From the NCBI RefSeq assembly GCF_009914755.1, contig NC_060936.1: a stretch of 64,000 nt of DNA, one strand, 5' to 3'. Numbering within the stretch: position 1 is the stretch's first letter; each line of letters starts with the position of its first letter. The position numbers were made by a program, and so were the translations under genes. The notes beneath the pieces are model-generated. The model was not told the origin of the DNA, searched no databases, and worked only from the letters and a program-made list of their open reading frames with translations. The DNA is from the human T2T-CHM13v2.0 reference genome, Homo sapiens. Shown piece by piece: positions 26,852 to 43,389 of the stretch.

Positions 26852-27419
26852 AGACACACGTGTCCTTTGAGATTTTTAAAGGAAAATTACAAAGTGTGGG
26901 CCTGGAATTCTGTCTCTGCTTCAGTTTCTTTCCCTAGTTCCCTCCTGACTCCTAAGAAGCAGAATCAGCGAGTCGCACACCTTCCCCTGTGTGTGCTGCC
27001 CATTGTATTGGGCACTGAGGGGAGATCCAGAGGGAGGAGCACAAATCCTGCCCTGCTGGAACTCCTAGGCTCATGGTAAGATGAGGCTGGTCGTCAAGAC
27101 CAACCAAGAGGCATGGAGCTCTGGGCATGCCCTCAACAAAGGCTTATCAGTTGAGTTGGTCAGGAGCAGCTGGAACAAGTCCTGTGACTCTGGCACTGGG
27201 GAGACCAGGAATGACCAAACAAGAAAGGGTGGAGGAAGATCTGAAGGAAGTCTAGGAGGGTTCCTAGAGGATAGGGAGAATGGTATTCATTTAGTTAGCA
27301 GGGAGCAGCAAAACTGAAAGAAGAGAACTAGCAAGTTAGAGCTCTCAGTGAAGTGCATTATCTTGGGGTAAGGGATGGCTAATGTGAACCTTGGAGGCAG
27401 ATGGGGAAGGAATGCATAG

Positions 27420-27421
<2 letters not shown>

Positions 27422-27464
<43 letters not shown>

Positions 27465-27476
27465 TGTGTCTGTGTG
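27422..27476. repeat. (GT)n microsatellite
   Basis: Direct reading. Confidence 0.97.
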
Positions 27477-29060
27477 TTGGGGCATATGTACTGAGGAGAC
27501 CGAGGCAGGGAGGATGCAGGGCTTGGGAGGGCAGGTTTGCTGGGCTGCAGCAGAGAGCCTGGGCTGAGATGTTCTTGAAGACACCTGGGATAGGATAGCA
27601 GTGGTGGTAGAGGTATAGGACAGCAATGTAAAATGTCCTGCTGTTGTAGCTCTACCGTGACCCTGGGCTGGGTAGGCAAGAAGCTAGGAAGCCAGGCTGA
27701 CTTCCTGGGCCCTGATATGTCCTCGTGGGGCGTGAAGATGAATGAGTCTGTATTTCATGGGCTAGTGAACCATGGCTAGGTGGAGACATCTGCTCAGGCT
27801 ATGAAATGTAGGGAGAGGCCTCCAGAAGTCCCCAAACACAAAGAGGGAGGAGATAGAGGTGGGGATGGGGATGGATAATGGGAAGATGGAAGGCTTGAGA
27901 CCTCTTTCCTGGCTATCTCCTTTACTCACTCCTTTCATGGATTGAATTATTCATTTTAAAGCTAAAAAATCTTCAACAAATTATCTAGTCTAGACTTTCA
28001 CCTTCAAAGGGTTCGATATTACTTCCCCATTTCACAGATGAGGCTACACAAGTTAACCAACTTGATCGAGATCTCCCAGGCAGAACAGGTTGAAAAGGGC
28101 ATGAGGAAGAAGGTCTTTCGCCCTGGGTAGGGGAGATGGGGGTTAATCTCTCTCTATGCAATCAGGCTCTAAAATTGGCTGCTTCCCGGAACAGAAACGG
28201 CAGGAGTTGGCATCAGAATGCAGCAACTTGATTCCTGGCTACTTACCAGTTCCGTGACCTGAGGCAAGTTACTTAACCTCTCTGTGTCTTTATTTTATTA
28301 TCTATAAAATGACAACACTAATACTTGCTCCCGTGGCTTGTTACTGAGAATAAAATGAGATTTATGCAAAAAGAACTGTGTACAGTTGAATCTAAGTTTA
28401 TTAGGCTTTAAAAATCATCCTCCTCTTTGATATCATCCCAGCTTATTCTCTTCATACCTGCTAGGGACATCAGTCTTCCTCCTCCCAACCCCTTTGCACT
28501 CTCTCCAGCCTCTCAACCTGGCATTTACTTCCCTCTGATCTTGCTTCATACTTTCAATCTCTGTTTTCACTCTCCTGTGCATGTTTCAGCACTAAAAGGA
28601 TCTGTTTACACTCTACTGATTTATATGCTGAATTTTTTTTCTCTGCTTTGGTTTCTTGTCTTTTGTGTCTTCCTTCTCACATCCCAGAGAGCAAGACCCT
28701 GTCCTCTCCTGCCTTTGCACTCCTTCCCTCTCTCCAGGACTGGGTTCATAGGGTGCGTCCAAATAATGGACACGAGGTGCAGAGAGGTTAAGATAAAACA
28801 GGAGAGGGAGGGCTTGGAGAGAAGCCACCAAGCTGCATGCAGGGCTCTTAACCACATGCTATGTGATCCTTGAGCAGGGCATTTGCCAAGATCTGGAGAG
28901 GGAAACAATCATCTTCCTTCTGGAGTGAAGGGTGGGACGGGAGTTATTTTCCTAATATTTAGAGAGGCTGTTTTGTCCCACGATGTGAGACACATCACCT
29001 GGAGGCCAATCCCCTAGAAAAAGAATAGCAGTTGAGAGACGGCTTTCCTTTTCCTGTTTG

Positions 29061-29063
<3 letters not shown>

Positions 29064-29097
<34 letters not shown>
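29064..29097. repeat. (GT)n microsatellite
   Basis: Direct reading. Confidence 0.97.
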
Positions 29098-29098
<1 letters not shown>

Positions 29099-30090
29099 TA
29101 GGAAATGTGTTGTTGGAGATTCTATATCATTTCATTTTCCCTAGCATTTACCAACCCTAACTCAAAGGAAATCCTTTCTAAAGTCTATTCTACATTTCTT
29201 TTGCTGACAGTAAGCCCACCTCTTTAGTGGAGGTATTATCTAAAGTCCAGGATCTGGCTCAATGTCTTTTGTAAAAGATGTGTGTATGTCGGGGAGGGGA
29301 AAGTAAAAGATGGAACTTGAAGAAATGGAATGACCCAGCTCCTGGCTTTAATTACAGTAAGCCCTGAACATTCTGAACTTTATTAACCTCTTAAGTGTCC
29401 ACAGGGGTGGGATGGACCTGGTGGGTTTTGCTCCCTGGTCCTCTCTGCAGGGCGTCTCTGGAGGGTCCCCTCTCTACGCTCTTTGCCCATCCCAGCCTTT
29501 GGCTGCACACCATTTCTCCTGGCCTCAGGTGGCGCTATAAATCACCTCTCCCAGAAAGGAGGCTACCACCTACCTATCCAGTCCATGTCTCACCAGCTGT
29601 CTTCATCTTGCCCAAGATCCTCTGGTTCTTTCTTCTCTGCAAATCCCATATGCTTTCCCCAGCACCAGTTTTTTGGATAACCTGATTAGCTGTTTTGGAG
29701 AGAGGGGCTCTTTTTGCAGGGACCCCTTTCTCCTCCTAAGTGTCTTACTAATTACAAACAGAGAAAGCCTGGTCTGTGAAGTTAGCCTGCCCCCAGCTCC
29801 CTGGCTTGGTGGAGGGAACCAGGAGCTAGGGGATTTAAAGCGCAATTTCCTGTGGCCTTTTCATTTCCTGCTGGGGGTTGTGGAGAGCAATAAGCAAGGT
29901 GGGTGGCAAGGGCCAGAAGGACCGGCCAGGTGGGGGATGGGCTGGGGGAGCCTTCCCTCCATGTACTCTTCTACCATCCCCTTTTCTGGCTCTCGAGGTA
30001 AGTTCTTTGGGGATGAAGCACCTGATAAATGAGGACCTGGAACTCCTTACAATCTCCCTCTTACCTCCCCAAAGTAAGAGAACGGAGTAG

Positions 30091-30327
<237 letters not shown>

Positions 30328-30480
30328 TGAGGAAATGGAGGCCTTGGAGAGGGCAGGTAACCTGCTCAAGGTTATGTATGTAAGTGGTGAGCTGGTGTGG
30401 CTGGGATTTAGCTAACTCTCATGATTCACTGTTTAGTGCTCTTTCCTCAGTCAGAGTCAGAGTGGGCTGTGGGTCAGTGA

Positions 30481-30505
30481 TGTGTGTGTGTGTGTGTGTG
30501 TGTGT
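30481..30505. repeat. (TG)n microsatellite
   Basis: Direct reading. Confidence 0.95.
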
Positions 30506-30799
30506 ACTGGGGAGGGGGGATGAGATGGGAGGAAGTGGGGTAGGGAGCAGGGGATCTGGGGAGGTACCTGGATAGCAGGGGACTCCGGGTCCTGAAATGT
30601 TCACTCTTTGGTAGGTCCTGTGGAAGAGCGCAGGCAAGTCCTGACTTAGGGAAGCTTTTGTGAGCTGGCTCAGGAAACAGATGTGTGGATAAAAAGGAGG
30701 GGAGAGGGAGGAACTGTGGCCCTTGGAAACTATTAGCCCAACATCTCTTCTTCCCCTCTCCACAGTCAGAGGTGGATGAGGTGGGGGAGGGGCATGGCA

Positions 30800-31090
30800 G
30801 AGGACAAAGGAGCCAATTATTGAGTGAGTGGATTAATTGATTAATTGTCCAGAAGCTTCCAGTGCTCCCCAACAATGACATCCCCTCCCCCGACCCCAGT
30901 CAGGCATGGCCTCGGTTGGCCTGGATTATTAATTAGGGCTTGAAGTCATTTAACGATGATTTCATTATCGACGTGCTGTCTGTCTCGGGCTCAGCCCGGT
31001 TGCCAGGGCGACTCTGATCGATTGCCTTCCGGTCTTCTTGGCTTGGCCGGCTGCTTCCTTTCTGGAGCCTGGCTGTTGGCGAGCACTCCC
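30800..31090. promoter_or_regulatory. Motif-dense enhancer/promoter candidate
   Basis: GATTAATT twice, AACAATG (SOX), TTAATTAG, RFX X-box GTTGCCAGGGCGAC (30999-31012), ATCGAT, CpG patch. Confidence 0.6.
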
Positions 31091-34000
31091 TAGCGGCCCT
31101 CTCTGGTACTGCAGAGCTTCCCGGTTGCAGGCTTGAGAGACTCAGGCGAGGAACAGAGAGCTACAGCTGCCTTGGGGGTCTTTTCAGCTACTGACTGACC
31201 TAGCTGTTGCCTGGGAACCGGCTTTTCTCCTTTTCTCCTAGGTTGTGAAGTCCTTCTGATTCTGTCCCCTGGCCTTCTACCCATACCCCTTTGGGATGGG
31301 TGTAGGAATAGGTAGGGACCTCAGTTGTTTCCTCGCAGCCTTTCAATTTACCTCTGGGAGGCCCAGATAAGCTGTGATAAAGTTATTCCTGCTGCTAAGG
31401 AGACTCCTTAGGCTCTGTCTATCCTGGGACATCTGGCCTCTTGGACCTTGCATGAGGCTGGCAGGGAAGGAGTGGATGTGGGGATAATTTCCCCTTAGAT
31501 TGCCTGAGTTAATGTTCTTAGGGTCTTCCCCGGCCGTGAGAGGAGCTGGGGGAGCTGGTCTTTGCAGAGCTCAGCTACTTCCTCAGCCTCAAGAAAGCCT
31601 GGGGAAAAAAGGCAGGGTCCAGGTTGTCATGCTAAGTCTTAGGTCTTCAGAAACTTGGCTGGTTACTCTATCTGTGGTCCCTGAAAACCTAGATTCATGC
31701 ACATTCAGTGGTCTCAGGATCTCTACTCTATGCCTCAGTTTCTCCTTTCATGGGTTTCATGTATATATTTGTGGGGTCTGTTAGTAGAGAGTTGCTTGAA
31801 GGCATCGGTCATGGCTTCTCAGTAGGTGTCTAAATTGTTGACCCCAAAGTAATTGGGCGTCACTGGTGTCTTATCTCCCTTATCCTTTGCATGCTGCTAA
31901 TTTTATTCTCAAATGCAGATCTCTCCTCAGTCCTTACCTCTCTTTACTCCTCTCCCCTTGACCCCTGACCAAAGACTGTCCCCAGCACCCTCCCCAGAAC
32001 ATGCCTCCCTTGCCTGCCTTCCTCTATTTCTCCTCCTCCTCTGCCCCACTTCCCCTTCTACTGGTTGTGCCAGGCTGCGTTAGCTCTGAAAAATTAAGAG
32101 CTGGGCTTCAGTCCTCTCTGGACTGCAGCATTTTTGGGGACAGGGAGGCAGGTTGGGTTGTCATGTCCATGTAGGGGTCTCTGCGAGCCCCCCAGGTTGG
32201 CTCTGGGAGAGAGCCTCAGCATATCAGCTTTCTGAGCACATCCGCCACTGAGCAGCACCTGAGAGGGGAAGCGGCTCAGCAGCGAGCTGAGTGAGATTGA
32301 AGAGGATCATAAAGAAAATATATATCCCCCTCCCTGGCCTCACTCCCTCCTCCTGCTCCACACTTGCCTCCTTCTCTCTCTTTGTCTCACTCCCTCCCCC
32401 CTTTTCACTGCAACCCTGTTTTCTTTGTTCCTTCTTTGCCTCCGTCACCCTCACCTCTGTCAGGCAGGTCTGTCTGTCTGTCTGTCGGCCATTCTGTCTA
32501 TCTCCTTGACTCCACATATTTTTTGGTCTGAGTTTTTCTAGGACTGTGTCCGCCGTCAGCCTTTCTCTCTCCCTCCCCGCTTCCCTCCCTCAGTCTGGGA
32601 GGGTCTCTCATACCATCATGTCTTTATGAGTTTCACTGTGTGTGCCTTTTAGTCTCTCCATCCACCTCCCCTCCCATCTGTCTCGTTTGGCTGTCTCCCC
32701 ATCGCTCTTCGCATCTCTCTTCCCATCTCTTGCCCTCCCTTTCATCTCTCCTTTTTGCTTCTCTTCTCCCTGTCTCTTTCAGCGTCTTCTCCTCTCTCTG
32801 GCTCACACCTCTGCCTGCCTCTCATCCTCCCCACTCCCACCCCTCAAGGTTCAGATACTTCATGCGAAATCACCTGGATGGGCTCCAACTGTCAGGGTCC
32901 CCCATTCTGTACCCCCTTCTCCCAGGGCGATTTACAGCCCCAACTCGGCATCTTCTGCATTCCCCCCAGCCCTGGGCCAGTTCTTTTCATTACCTGGTGA
33001 TTATCTGGGGGCCCTGGCATTTCCCCCAGCCTCCCACCCTCTACCCAGCAGGCAGTGAACAGCATAGGGAGAAAGGAGAAGGGATTGCTCTTGGGACCAG
33101 AGGCAAGGACATGGAGACCCTCCCCCTGTGCCGCCCTTCTTTCCCTCAAGCAGATGCACATCTGGGAAAATCCCAGCTTGAGGCAGGGGAAGACAGCTTA
33201 GGACTGTTGGAGCAGACATAAATCAAGCACCCAGATGCCCCTCCCCTACTGTTCTGTCATTAGAGCCATCCTTCCAATTCCTGCCTGTCTCCTTTGCCTC
33301 TAGGCATCCTGGCTCTATAGTCTTGACTGGGGCCACTCATCCACTACCCAGCGTAGTGCCAGGCTCAAAGGAGGTGCTCAGTTAATGCCCTTGGTCCATG
33401 TCTAATAGAGAAGCACTATCGCAAAGTCAATGTGATGTTTAGGTTTTTCTCAGTTGGCAATTCTTTGTGAGATCTGGAGCAATTCTCTCTGCTTTAATTC
33501 CAATATTATGTCTTAGTATATAATTAGTATAGACTCTACTTCCAGAGTCTTGCCTCTACCCTTCTCCTCCCCTCTCTCGCCTCCACCCCAGTCTTTCTTT
33601 CATCTCATTTAGGGTGTAGAGGATTAGCAGCCCTATTGAGTCAAGGCAGCAGTACTCCTTTCCCTTGAGACCAGTGGCTTCTTGAGCTGATCACTTGTCC
33701 ATTCAGCCCTTAGTCTCTATGCCGACTCCACCTATTCCGTCCCTGGGAGTCCAGTCTCGTCTGTTTGAAGATTGACATCAGGGAAAGAGGAGATACCTTC
33801 CTTTGGTCACCTGTTTCAGGGCCTTGGAAGCCCTACTGTTTGAATATCTCCATTCCAGAGAGCAGGAAACTCTGTAGGCAGGGACTATATCTTTTTCATC
33901 TTTATTTCCTCCATCACAATAATCAATGAGTAGTCAGTTAACATATGCTGTGAATGATGAATGACTGTCTTAGGAGGTCTCCCACAGTGAAGCCTAAACC

Positions 34001-34146
34001 AGCTCCCTTTTAATTTTATTTCTGGGGTGAGGGACAATGTGGGTAGGGGGGTGAGAATTGGGAGATGATGGTAGAGGAACCCAGTAGGGGTGTTTCGAGA
34101 GAGGTTGGGGGCCTGGTGCGTCTATCCTTGTTGAAAGGGCTCCTGA

Positions 34147-35079
<933 letters not shown>

Positions 35080-36494
35080 TCAAAAGTTCCACTACTTCCA
35101 GCCTCCTTGGGGTCCCACTTCCTGCCCTCTTCCCCAACCAGAAAAAGACCTGGATAAGTGATTCCTCATGGTTATGGGGTTGGTAAAATAACTGAGATAG
35201 CCAGGGAGGAAGAAGGCTGAGCAGACTGGGTCTGGAGTGGTGCCAGTGTAGAACCCCTGAGGGCTTTGAGCAGAGAGCATTCCATGGTGCCAGGGCAGAG
35301 CTCTGGATTGAGGAGTGCAGACCAGGAGGCCTTGTGGGCCTGAGGAGGGTGGGTAAGTTTGCTGGGGGTGGAGTGATTTGGGGGCTACATTCCATTCTAC
35401 TCCAAGCCAGAAAACTTCAGTAGAGCTGGTCCTAGGAACTTGTAAGCTAGGGGAGGTTATTTCCTAGCCTTCCTCCTCCAGCATCCTTCCCTCCTTTTTG
35501 CATGCCCCCATTCCTGGCTTTCCCTTCTGGCCTGGTTTATTTATTTAGGGCTTGCTTTATTTATCTTTATCTTTCCCACAGGGTCCAGCACATGGTATGT
35601 GCACAGACATGTTGTTTGAATGAATGAAGATTTTCCCACCTGGGTCTGCTGCCTCCTTCATGTTTTACCACCTGGTGTCACTTCAGATTCTGAAACTATC
35701 TGTGGCTCATCTACTTAGGGAGGACACTGATGTGGACATTGCAGAATATCAGCTCCAGTTTGATAAGGTGGTGCACAATGATGAGAGAGAGGACTTTGAG
35801 GGTTTTCTTCCTAGGTGCTCAAGTAGCTAAAAAATAAATAAATAAAAAAATAGAATACAATAAAAAACAAGCAGTGGTGGGAATTACAGATTAGCTATAG
35901 AAGGAAAGATTACCAAATTCCGTTGGGGTGTGGCTGCTAGTGGTCTTTAAAACACTGAAGGCAGGCTTGTCTCAGGTCCCAAGTATATTGCAAATGAGCC
36001 AGCACTAAATAAACCTTGAAACCTGATGGCTCCATTCTCTCTCTTGGAATCTATCAATTTTATATACATGATAAGCATATTTATTGATTGATAAAGGCTT
36101 AGCAGAGAAGCCTGAAATAGGACTGGCTTCCTTGGCCTCCAAGAGGCAGTTTCCTTCTATCACAAAACATGTTTAAAGCTCTTTAATTTTGAAGGTCCTT
36201 GGAGTCTTAAATTGTTCCCCACCTCCCACACACATACACTTTCGGCAATACCCCCAATACCAGAAACCCAGACAATACCTATCCATGTATGACACCTGAG
36301 TTATTGACTATATGTGGCAATTGTTTAATTCTAGGTTCACTTTCTCTTGCCGTCCAGTGCTCTTGGAAAACATCTCTATTATCAGTTAACATGTGAGTCT
36401 CCAGAAGGCAGACTCATTTCAATCTTAGTTTAAGCAAAATCATGTGGAAAATCCAATTTCCTTTAAAAAGTATATTCCAAGTTAATAAAAATAA

Positions 36495-36827
<333 letters not shown>

Positions 36828-37692
36828 TTTTTTCTTTTATGATCACAGAAATCACAAGGCAGATGAGGGAATAGAAAGAACCAGGGAATGAGGATAAGGA
36901 ATGTACCCTAAAAAGCATGCTGTCGGAGGCTCTTTGTGGTAGATTATGACATAATAAGCAAGAGTGAGGCAGGTGGGTTCTGGTTGGAGAAGTCCTATTG
37001 ATCTATATGGATAAAAACTCAGGACTTTGAGATATGATACAGCCTTCATTTAACTCAGATGACCTGACATCTTTCCTACAACAAAATAAAACAAATTAAC
37101 TTTCTAAGGGCGATGGTGGGGGTATGGAGCATCTGCCTAAGGCTATGAGAGGAATTCAGCAGAGCCTTGTAAGAGAGGATAGAGAGACAGCCAACCATTT
37201 ACAGGGGAGGACAGAATGATACATTTGAAGGCATGAAGGAAGATAACCAGAGAGACAGCTGGAATTTCCTGTGCTACCTGGTGTGTAGCACATTATGGTG
37301 GGTGTTGGGAGGAGATACATGGAAGAAGGGGCCATTCACAATGACCATTCACAATGGCTAGTCTAAGAGTAGAGACAGGATATAGTGATAGACGGGACCA
37401 CTGGGTGGACTTCTACAGTCTATGCTTACAAGAAAATGAAGGGTTTTGGGAAAGAAACAGAACCAAGTTTGGTTAGCAAGCCTTCTTAGAAAAAATGAGT
37501 GTGGATCAGGATTCATTGCAGACAAAGGCCATCCTATGTTTCAGTTGCATATTGGAAAGTAAGGTGGACATGCAGATGGATTTCCTTTTACTAATTTCTT
37601 GTGAGGACTTTTCTGAGGAGTGCTGGGTTGATACGATGCTGGGTTGAGAAAAGGGGAGTAGAGAATCAAAGGGGAGGAAGGGAGAAAAGTAA

Positions 37693-38349
<657 letters not shown>

Positions 38350-41300
38350 TAAATCTCTAATCTTTTACACCCTCCCTGGCTTTTCCCAGTTCTCGTTGTG
38401 ATTCTGTTTGGAAAATCTAATTCTGATTCATCCTGGTAGCCCATCTAATTTCTGAAGAGCTCTAGAAGCAGAAGCCCAGGCTTTTCTGATTTGTCAAGTT
38501 GATAATCTTTTTTGGTGTGATAGAAATGTTAAGAATTTCCAAAATTGGATTCTGACTAAAACTAAACCTGTGAATGTGTCAAATCTTGAATGAAGAGATC
38601 CGGATTTGACTCTGCCATCTCTGAAGTTGTCCCAGAGAGACTCAGAAAAGCCACCTTATTCACAACCATTCCGAAATGACACCAGATAATAGGAAGTATG
38701 CGTAGCCTCTGGAGAAGCTTTGGATGTCTGATTATTTACCCAAATCATAGCACAATGGTACTAGTGTAGTGTCTGCATGTAGCTGGGACTGCATAATACG
38801 GAGGGAAGAAAGCAAAAATGTTTTGGTCTGCATCTAGATGAATTTTGTCTACATCTGGATAGATTTTGTCTACATCATTTTGGTGTACATTTGGCCTGTA
38901 GTGGATTGGTCTACATCAGAATGGGTTTTCTTGGAATTTGGCCTCTGCCCAGCTAGAATGAGGTTTAAGAGTTGCAGTGCTGGGGTGGTAGGGTAGGTAG
39001 GTGAATTGGAGGAGGTGGCTGTGTTTCCCCTTGGTCTCCTGAGCAGTTCGGGGGCTGTCATAGTTTTCAAGTTCAATACTTGGTTGAGCTAGTAATATTT
39101 ATTGCAGAATTATAATTTCTAGCTTAGTGTGTGAACATAAAACAGTTTCTACCCTAAGGAGTTTTTTTTTTAGATAGGGAGACAAAGTATTCTCTCAAGT
39201 ATCATTCAGACAGAATTCAGGACACAGAAAGTTCACAGGTGTGGGAGGATGCCTGATAAGCAGTCAGTTTTGTGGGGTCATTCTCAGAAGACTCCTGGGA
39301 GATAAGCTTGGATATTTATTTTCTTTAGTCTGAGCTAGATTTGGTTACCATAGCTTTCTTTCCAACCTTTTAGGGAAGCCATCTCAGCTTTACTTCTCTT
39401 TCCCTACGGAGAAGTAACACATTCATTGGTACTGAAATTGTTTCTTTCTATTTTCCTTTTCAGCACAGACCAAGACTGAGAATTATTATTATTATATTTT
39501 GGTATTTAGATTTGTATTAGAATCTGTAGTAAACATTTAACTGGATAAGTGCAGTTAAGCGAACTGGATTTACTGGTTCAAAGCATATGTAGAGTTTATT
39601 TATTTATTTATTTTTGTTTTTGATGGGAGGCATGGAAGGAAGGCCTAAGTGAGGTTTGATTTATTGGCTCATAGCAAAGCTTCTCACCACCATGAAGATG
39701 TAGACTGAACTGATGTTTCCCAGGGAAACCAAATCCCCATATGGAGCAATTACCCCCTCTTCCACGAAGGTTTCTCAGACTGACCTGAGGTGCAGGGAAG
39801 ATACTCCCTAATCTTGCCAACACTGGAAAATGAAGCCCTTCCCACTCATATCTTCTGTCAACTATGATGTCATCTGGGATCTTGGCATGCCCTTGCCTCT
39901 GATATAAACACTTTTCTGTGTATTTCTGATTGAGGATTATACGTTTCAGTCCATGGTTTACATATCTTTTACTTATTTTGAGGAGTGGGGAAGTAGCCAC
40001 AAAATCTCTTAAATGTAAGCTCCCAAAGAGGGGAATTCTTTATTTGCCACCATTTGTCTTGCATTGTGTGTGAGTGTGTGGTGATTTGGTGGTCGTTGTG
40101 GTGGTAATAATTTAGGGAAAAAAGACATTGCTTTTGCTCGAATTCCTTTGCAAAAGGAATCATTTTGGTGCTTGAATTTTCTAATTTGGAATTTGTCTTT
40201 GTATTCACTTACACTTAGTTGAAATCTGATTTTCAGTAGTTTGAATCCAGCCTTTGTCACTTAGAAACTTTCAGTGGTATTCACTTGAGGGAAACATCAA
40301 ACCATATAGAGGTCATCCAATTTCTCACTGTAGACCCAATCCAAACTAAACAGAATGCATCTGTGAACTTATTTATAGACAGTACAGGACAAATGGTAGT
40401 AAACAGAGAAAATTCTCTTTCCTAGGAGCTTACAATATAAAAGTACTTCATGGACACTTCCCCATCCTCCCAAAACAAATGAAAGTCCTATTCTAAACAA
40501 TATTCAACCATTTGATCATTGGAGCACCCCTCCTTTCTGCAGTCTAAGCTGAGATTTCTTTATTGCAGTTTGAGTATCACACCAGGTTGCCTAAAGCCAA
40601 AGTATTAGGTGACTTATTTTCACAATTAACTAAAGCAATGAAAGTAATAAAACTGTATTGTTTGTCAATTTGGTCATTGGACTTCAAGGGGATGACACTG
40701 GAGCCAATAGTGTCACAGATAACGTCCTTAGTCCCAGCCAGTTTGGGTTACTTCCTTTGCATTTTCACTTTGTGGTGTGGAAGAGACTTGGACCTGCATT
40801 CTTGTTTCATTATCTCTGATGTCACCACATTGGGCTGTAGATCATGGGGTGCTTCCTTGGCTGTGGCCAGTTAACTCTATACCTCAGGCTTCAGCTGGGG
40901 AAGAAGAGGCAAGCTGAAAGTGTCATCAGGCAAGAGCTGTGCTACTTCGCTGCACCTAACCATCTACCACTGCTACCCTCTTCTCTAACCAGGCGTCTTC
41001 CCAGTGCAAAGTTCTAGGCCAGTGAGTTATGCCATTCTGTCCTAAAACCTCCTGTGCAAGAGACCCATATTCACTGCCAACCAATCCAAAGGAACGGGGA
41101 GCAGAGGAGGTCAGTCTGATGGAGAAGGCTGGACACATAATCAAGGCACAGACACTGGCAGTGCAGCAAGGAAACAAGTTAGGAGCAAATGGACAGAACT
41201 CTGGACAGTAATGAGGGGACGAGAGCAGGCAAAGAGGGCATAGCAGAGAGGTCAGATATCTGTAGGTGTGGTTAGATATGCTTCCTGAAGGAGAGTCTTG

Positions 41301-41545
41301 TTGAACAGTTTGGAAAAAGGGTGTTCTAGGCAGAGAGGGACTGTCCATGTGATGGTTGAGGTGATGATAGCAAGATGTTCGTATATGGGGAAAGATTGGT
41401 CCTGTTCAAGCAAAGAGCCACAGAAAAGGTTAATAATAAGAGTAACGGTTAGGGGAACAATGAAAAGAAAGATCTGGAAATACAATCTTAAAAGTTTGGA
41501 TTTAACAGAGAGCAGAAAACTGCAGGTCTGGTAGGGAGAAGGTGT

Positions 41546-41548
<3 letters not shown>

Positions 41549-41586
<38 letters not shown>
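41549..41586. repeat. (GT)n microsatellite
   Basis: Direct reading. Confidence 0.97.
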
Positions 41587-41587
<1 letters not shown>

Positions 41588-41724
41588 GCTTTCAATCCTT
41601 GAAGAACGTGTCATTTTCCAGAAGGAGGGTAGAGGGCACTCACACTTCAGTTATCTGCTGCAATGCAGCAATCATGGTGAATGTGATTTAGGGCTGTAGC
41701 CTGCTTTAAAGAAGGGCAGCACTC

Positions 41725-42035
<311 letters not shown>

Positions 42036-43389
42036 GAAGGGCAGCACTCTCTGATGGTTGCTGGGGTGAATCTGAGTGAGATCTGTGAGGATCTCATTGT
42101 TTAGAGTTACCAACGTTAAAGGCCAGGAGGGTGGATCAGGGAGTATAGCAGGAGGCTGGGATGCAGTCTTTGCCAACTGTAGGAATCTACTAGATAGAGT
42201 TCTGGTGGGAAAAATGGCATGTCAGCTAGGTTGAATTCAGGCCTTGGAAAATATATATCTGAAACCAGTGATTTCAGCTGAGATTCCTTAGGTTTAATCC
42301 AAATTTTCATGCAACGCCCCCGAATAAAATAAGGATGCTTTGAGGCTGCTTTGCCAATCCCCTTGTCTTTGGCCATATCTGGGGCTTTCTTCCCTTGGAA
42401 ACTGAAATGGAAAAGTAATTTATCTTCTTCATGGATTTTCCTATACTGATAGCATGTTGAGAAAACTCATTATTTCTTATCTCAAGTTCATATTCTTTAA
42501 TAACCTTAAAAAAGAACGAGGCAATCTAAAAATAGAAAGGCTAAGAGATCAGTGTTGATGCCGGATATCCATTGGTCTTTATGATTATTTCCATGAATGA
42601 TTAATAAATATTAGAAATGCTCTAGTTGTCATGAGCTCAGAGCTAGACATGGACATGGGGCACACTAATACCTGTTTTTGATATTCTGCTAAGTAAGGCC
42701 TCTGGCTGTCAAGAACAACCAAACCAGACCGAGCAACCTCACGTAGCTCAAGTCCTTCTCCCCAGTATCACCATGAATTGTTAGCTCTGGAATGGGGTTA
42801 ATCATATTTTAGAATGACTGACAAGCTGACATTTTTCTGGTACTGGGTTCTCCTGAGTTAAGGATCAGGGATTGCCATTCTCTGGCAAGCATCCCCCCAC
42901 AGTCTGCTTCTGATTGGCAGCCAAGTCTGGGGAGCAAATGGCCAAGTGAATTAGAAAGCTTAAAAGATGTTTTGTTAAACCATCCTCATTAAACTGGCAC
43001 CGTCTGCCTTCCTACTCTCCTTTGTCCCAGTTGGGGCTGTTCTTCGTGACAGATGTTTCCTAACGGTGTGTGCTGGTAGCATCTGGAATCCTTAGGTGAC
43101 TGCTGAGGTTTGGGAAGGCCAAATCTGGAGGTATGTAGATTGTCAGGGAAATTGCAACCATTTTCCTGCCATTGGGCTACCATAAAAAAAAAATACCCGC
43201 TTCCCTTCCCACCACCCCATTTTCCTTTGGCCAGTGAAAATCAAGCTTTCATTTCCTTCTCTAGCACTTCCTAACCTGCACTGAAGATGGTTTTTTTCCT
43301 CTCAAGAATGAGGTAGTGAGTAGACAAGATTTGGAATATGATGAAAGAACAGTGTGATGGAAGAAGTCTCAGAGGGGTTACTTATGTTT

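Noticed and set aside
39608-40000. 130-aa minus-strand ORF
   Set aside because: Non-ATG start, no recognisable homology or splice context
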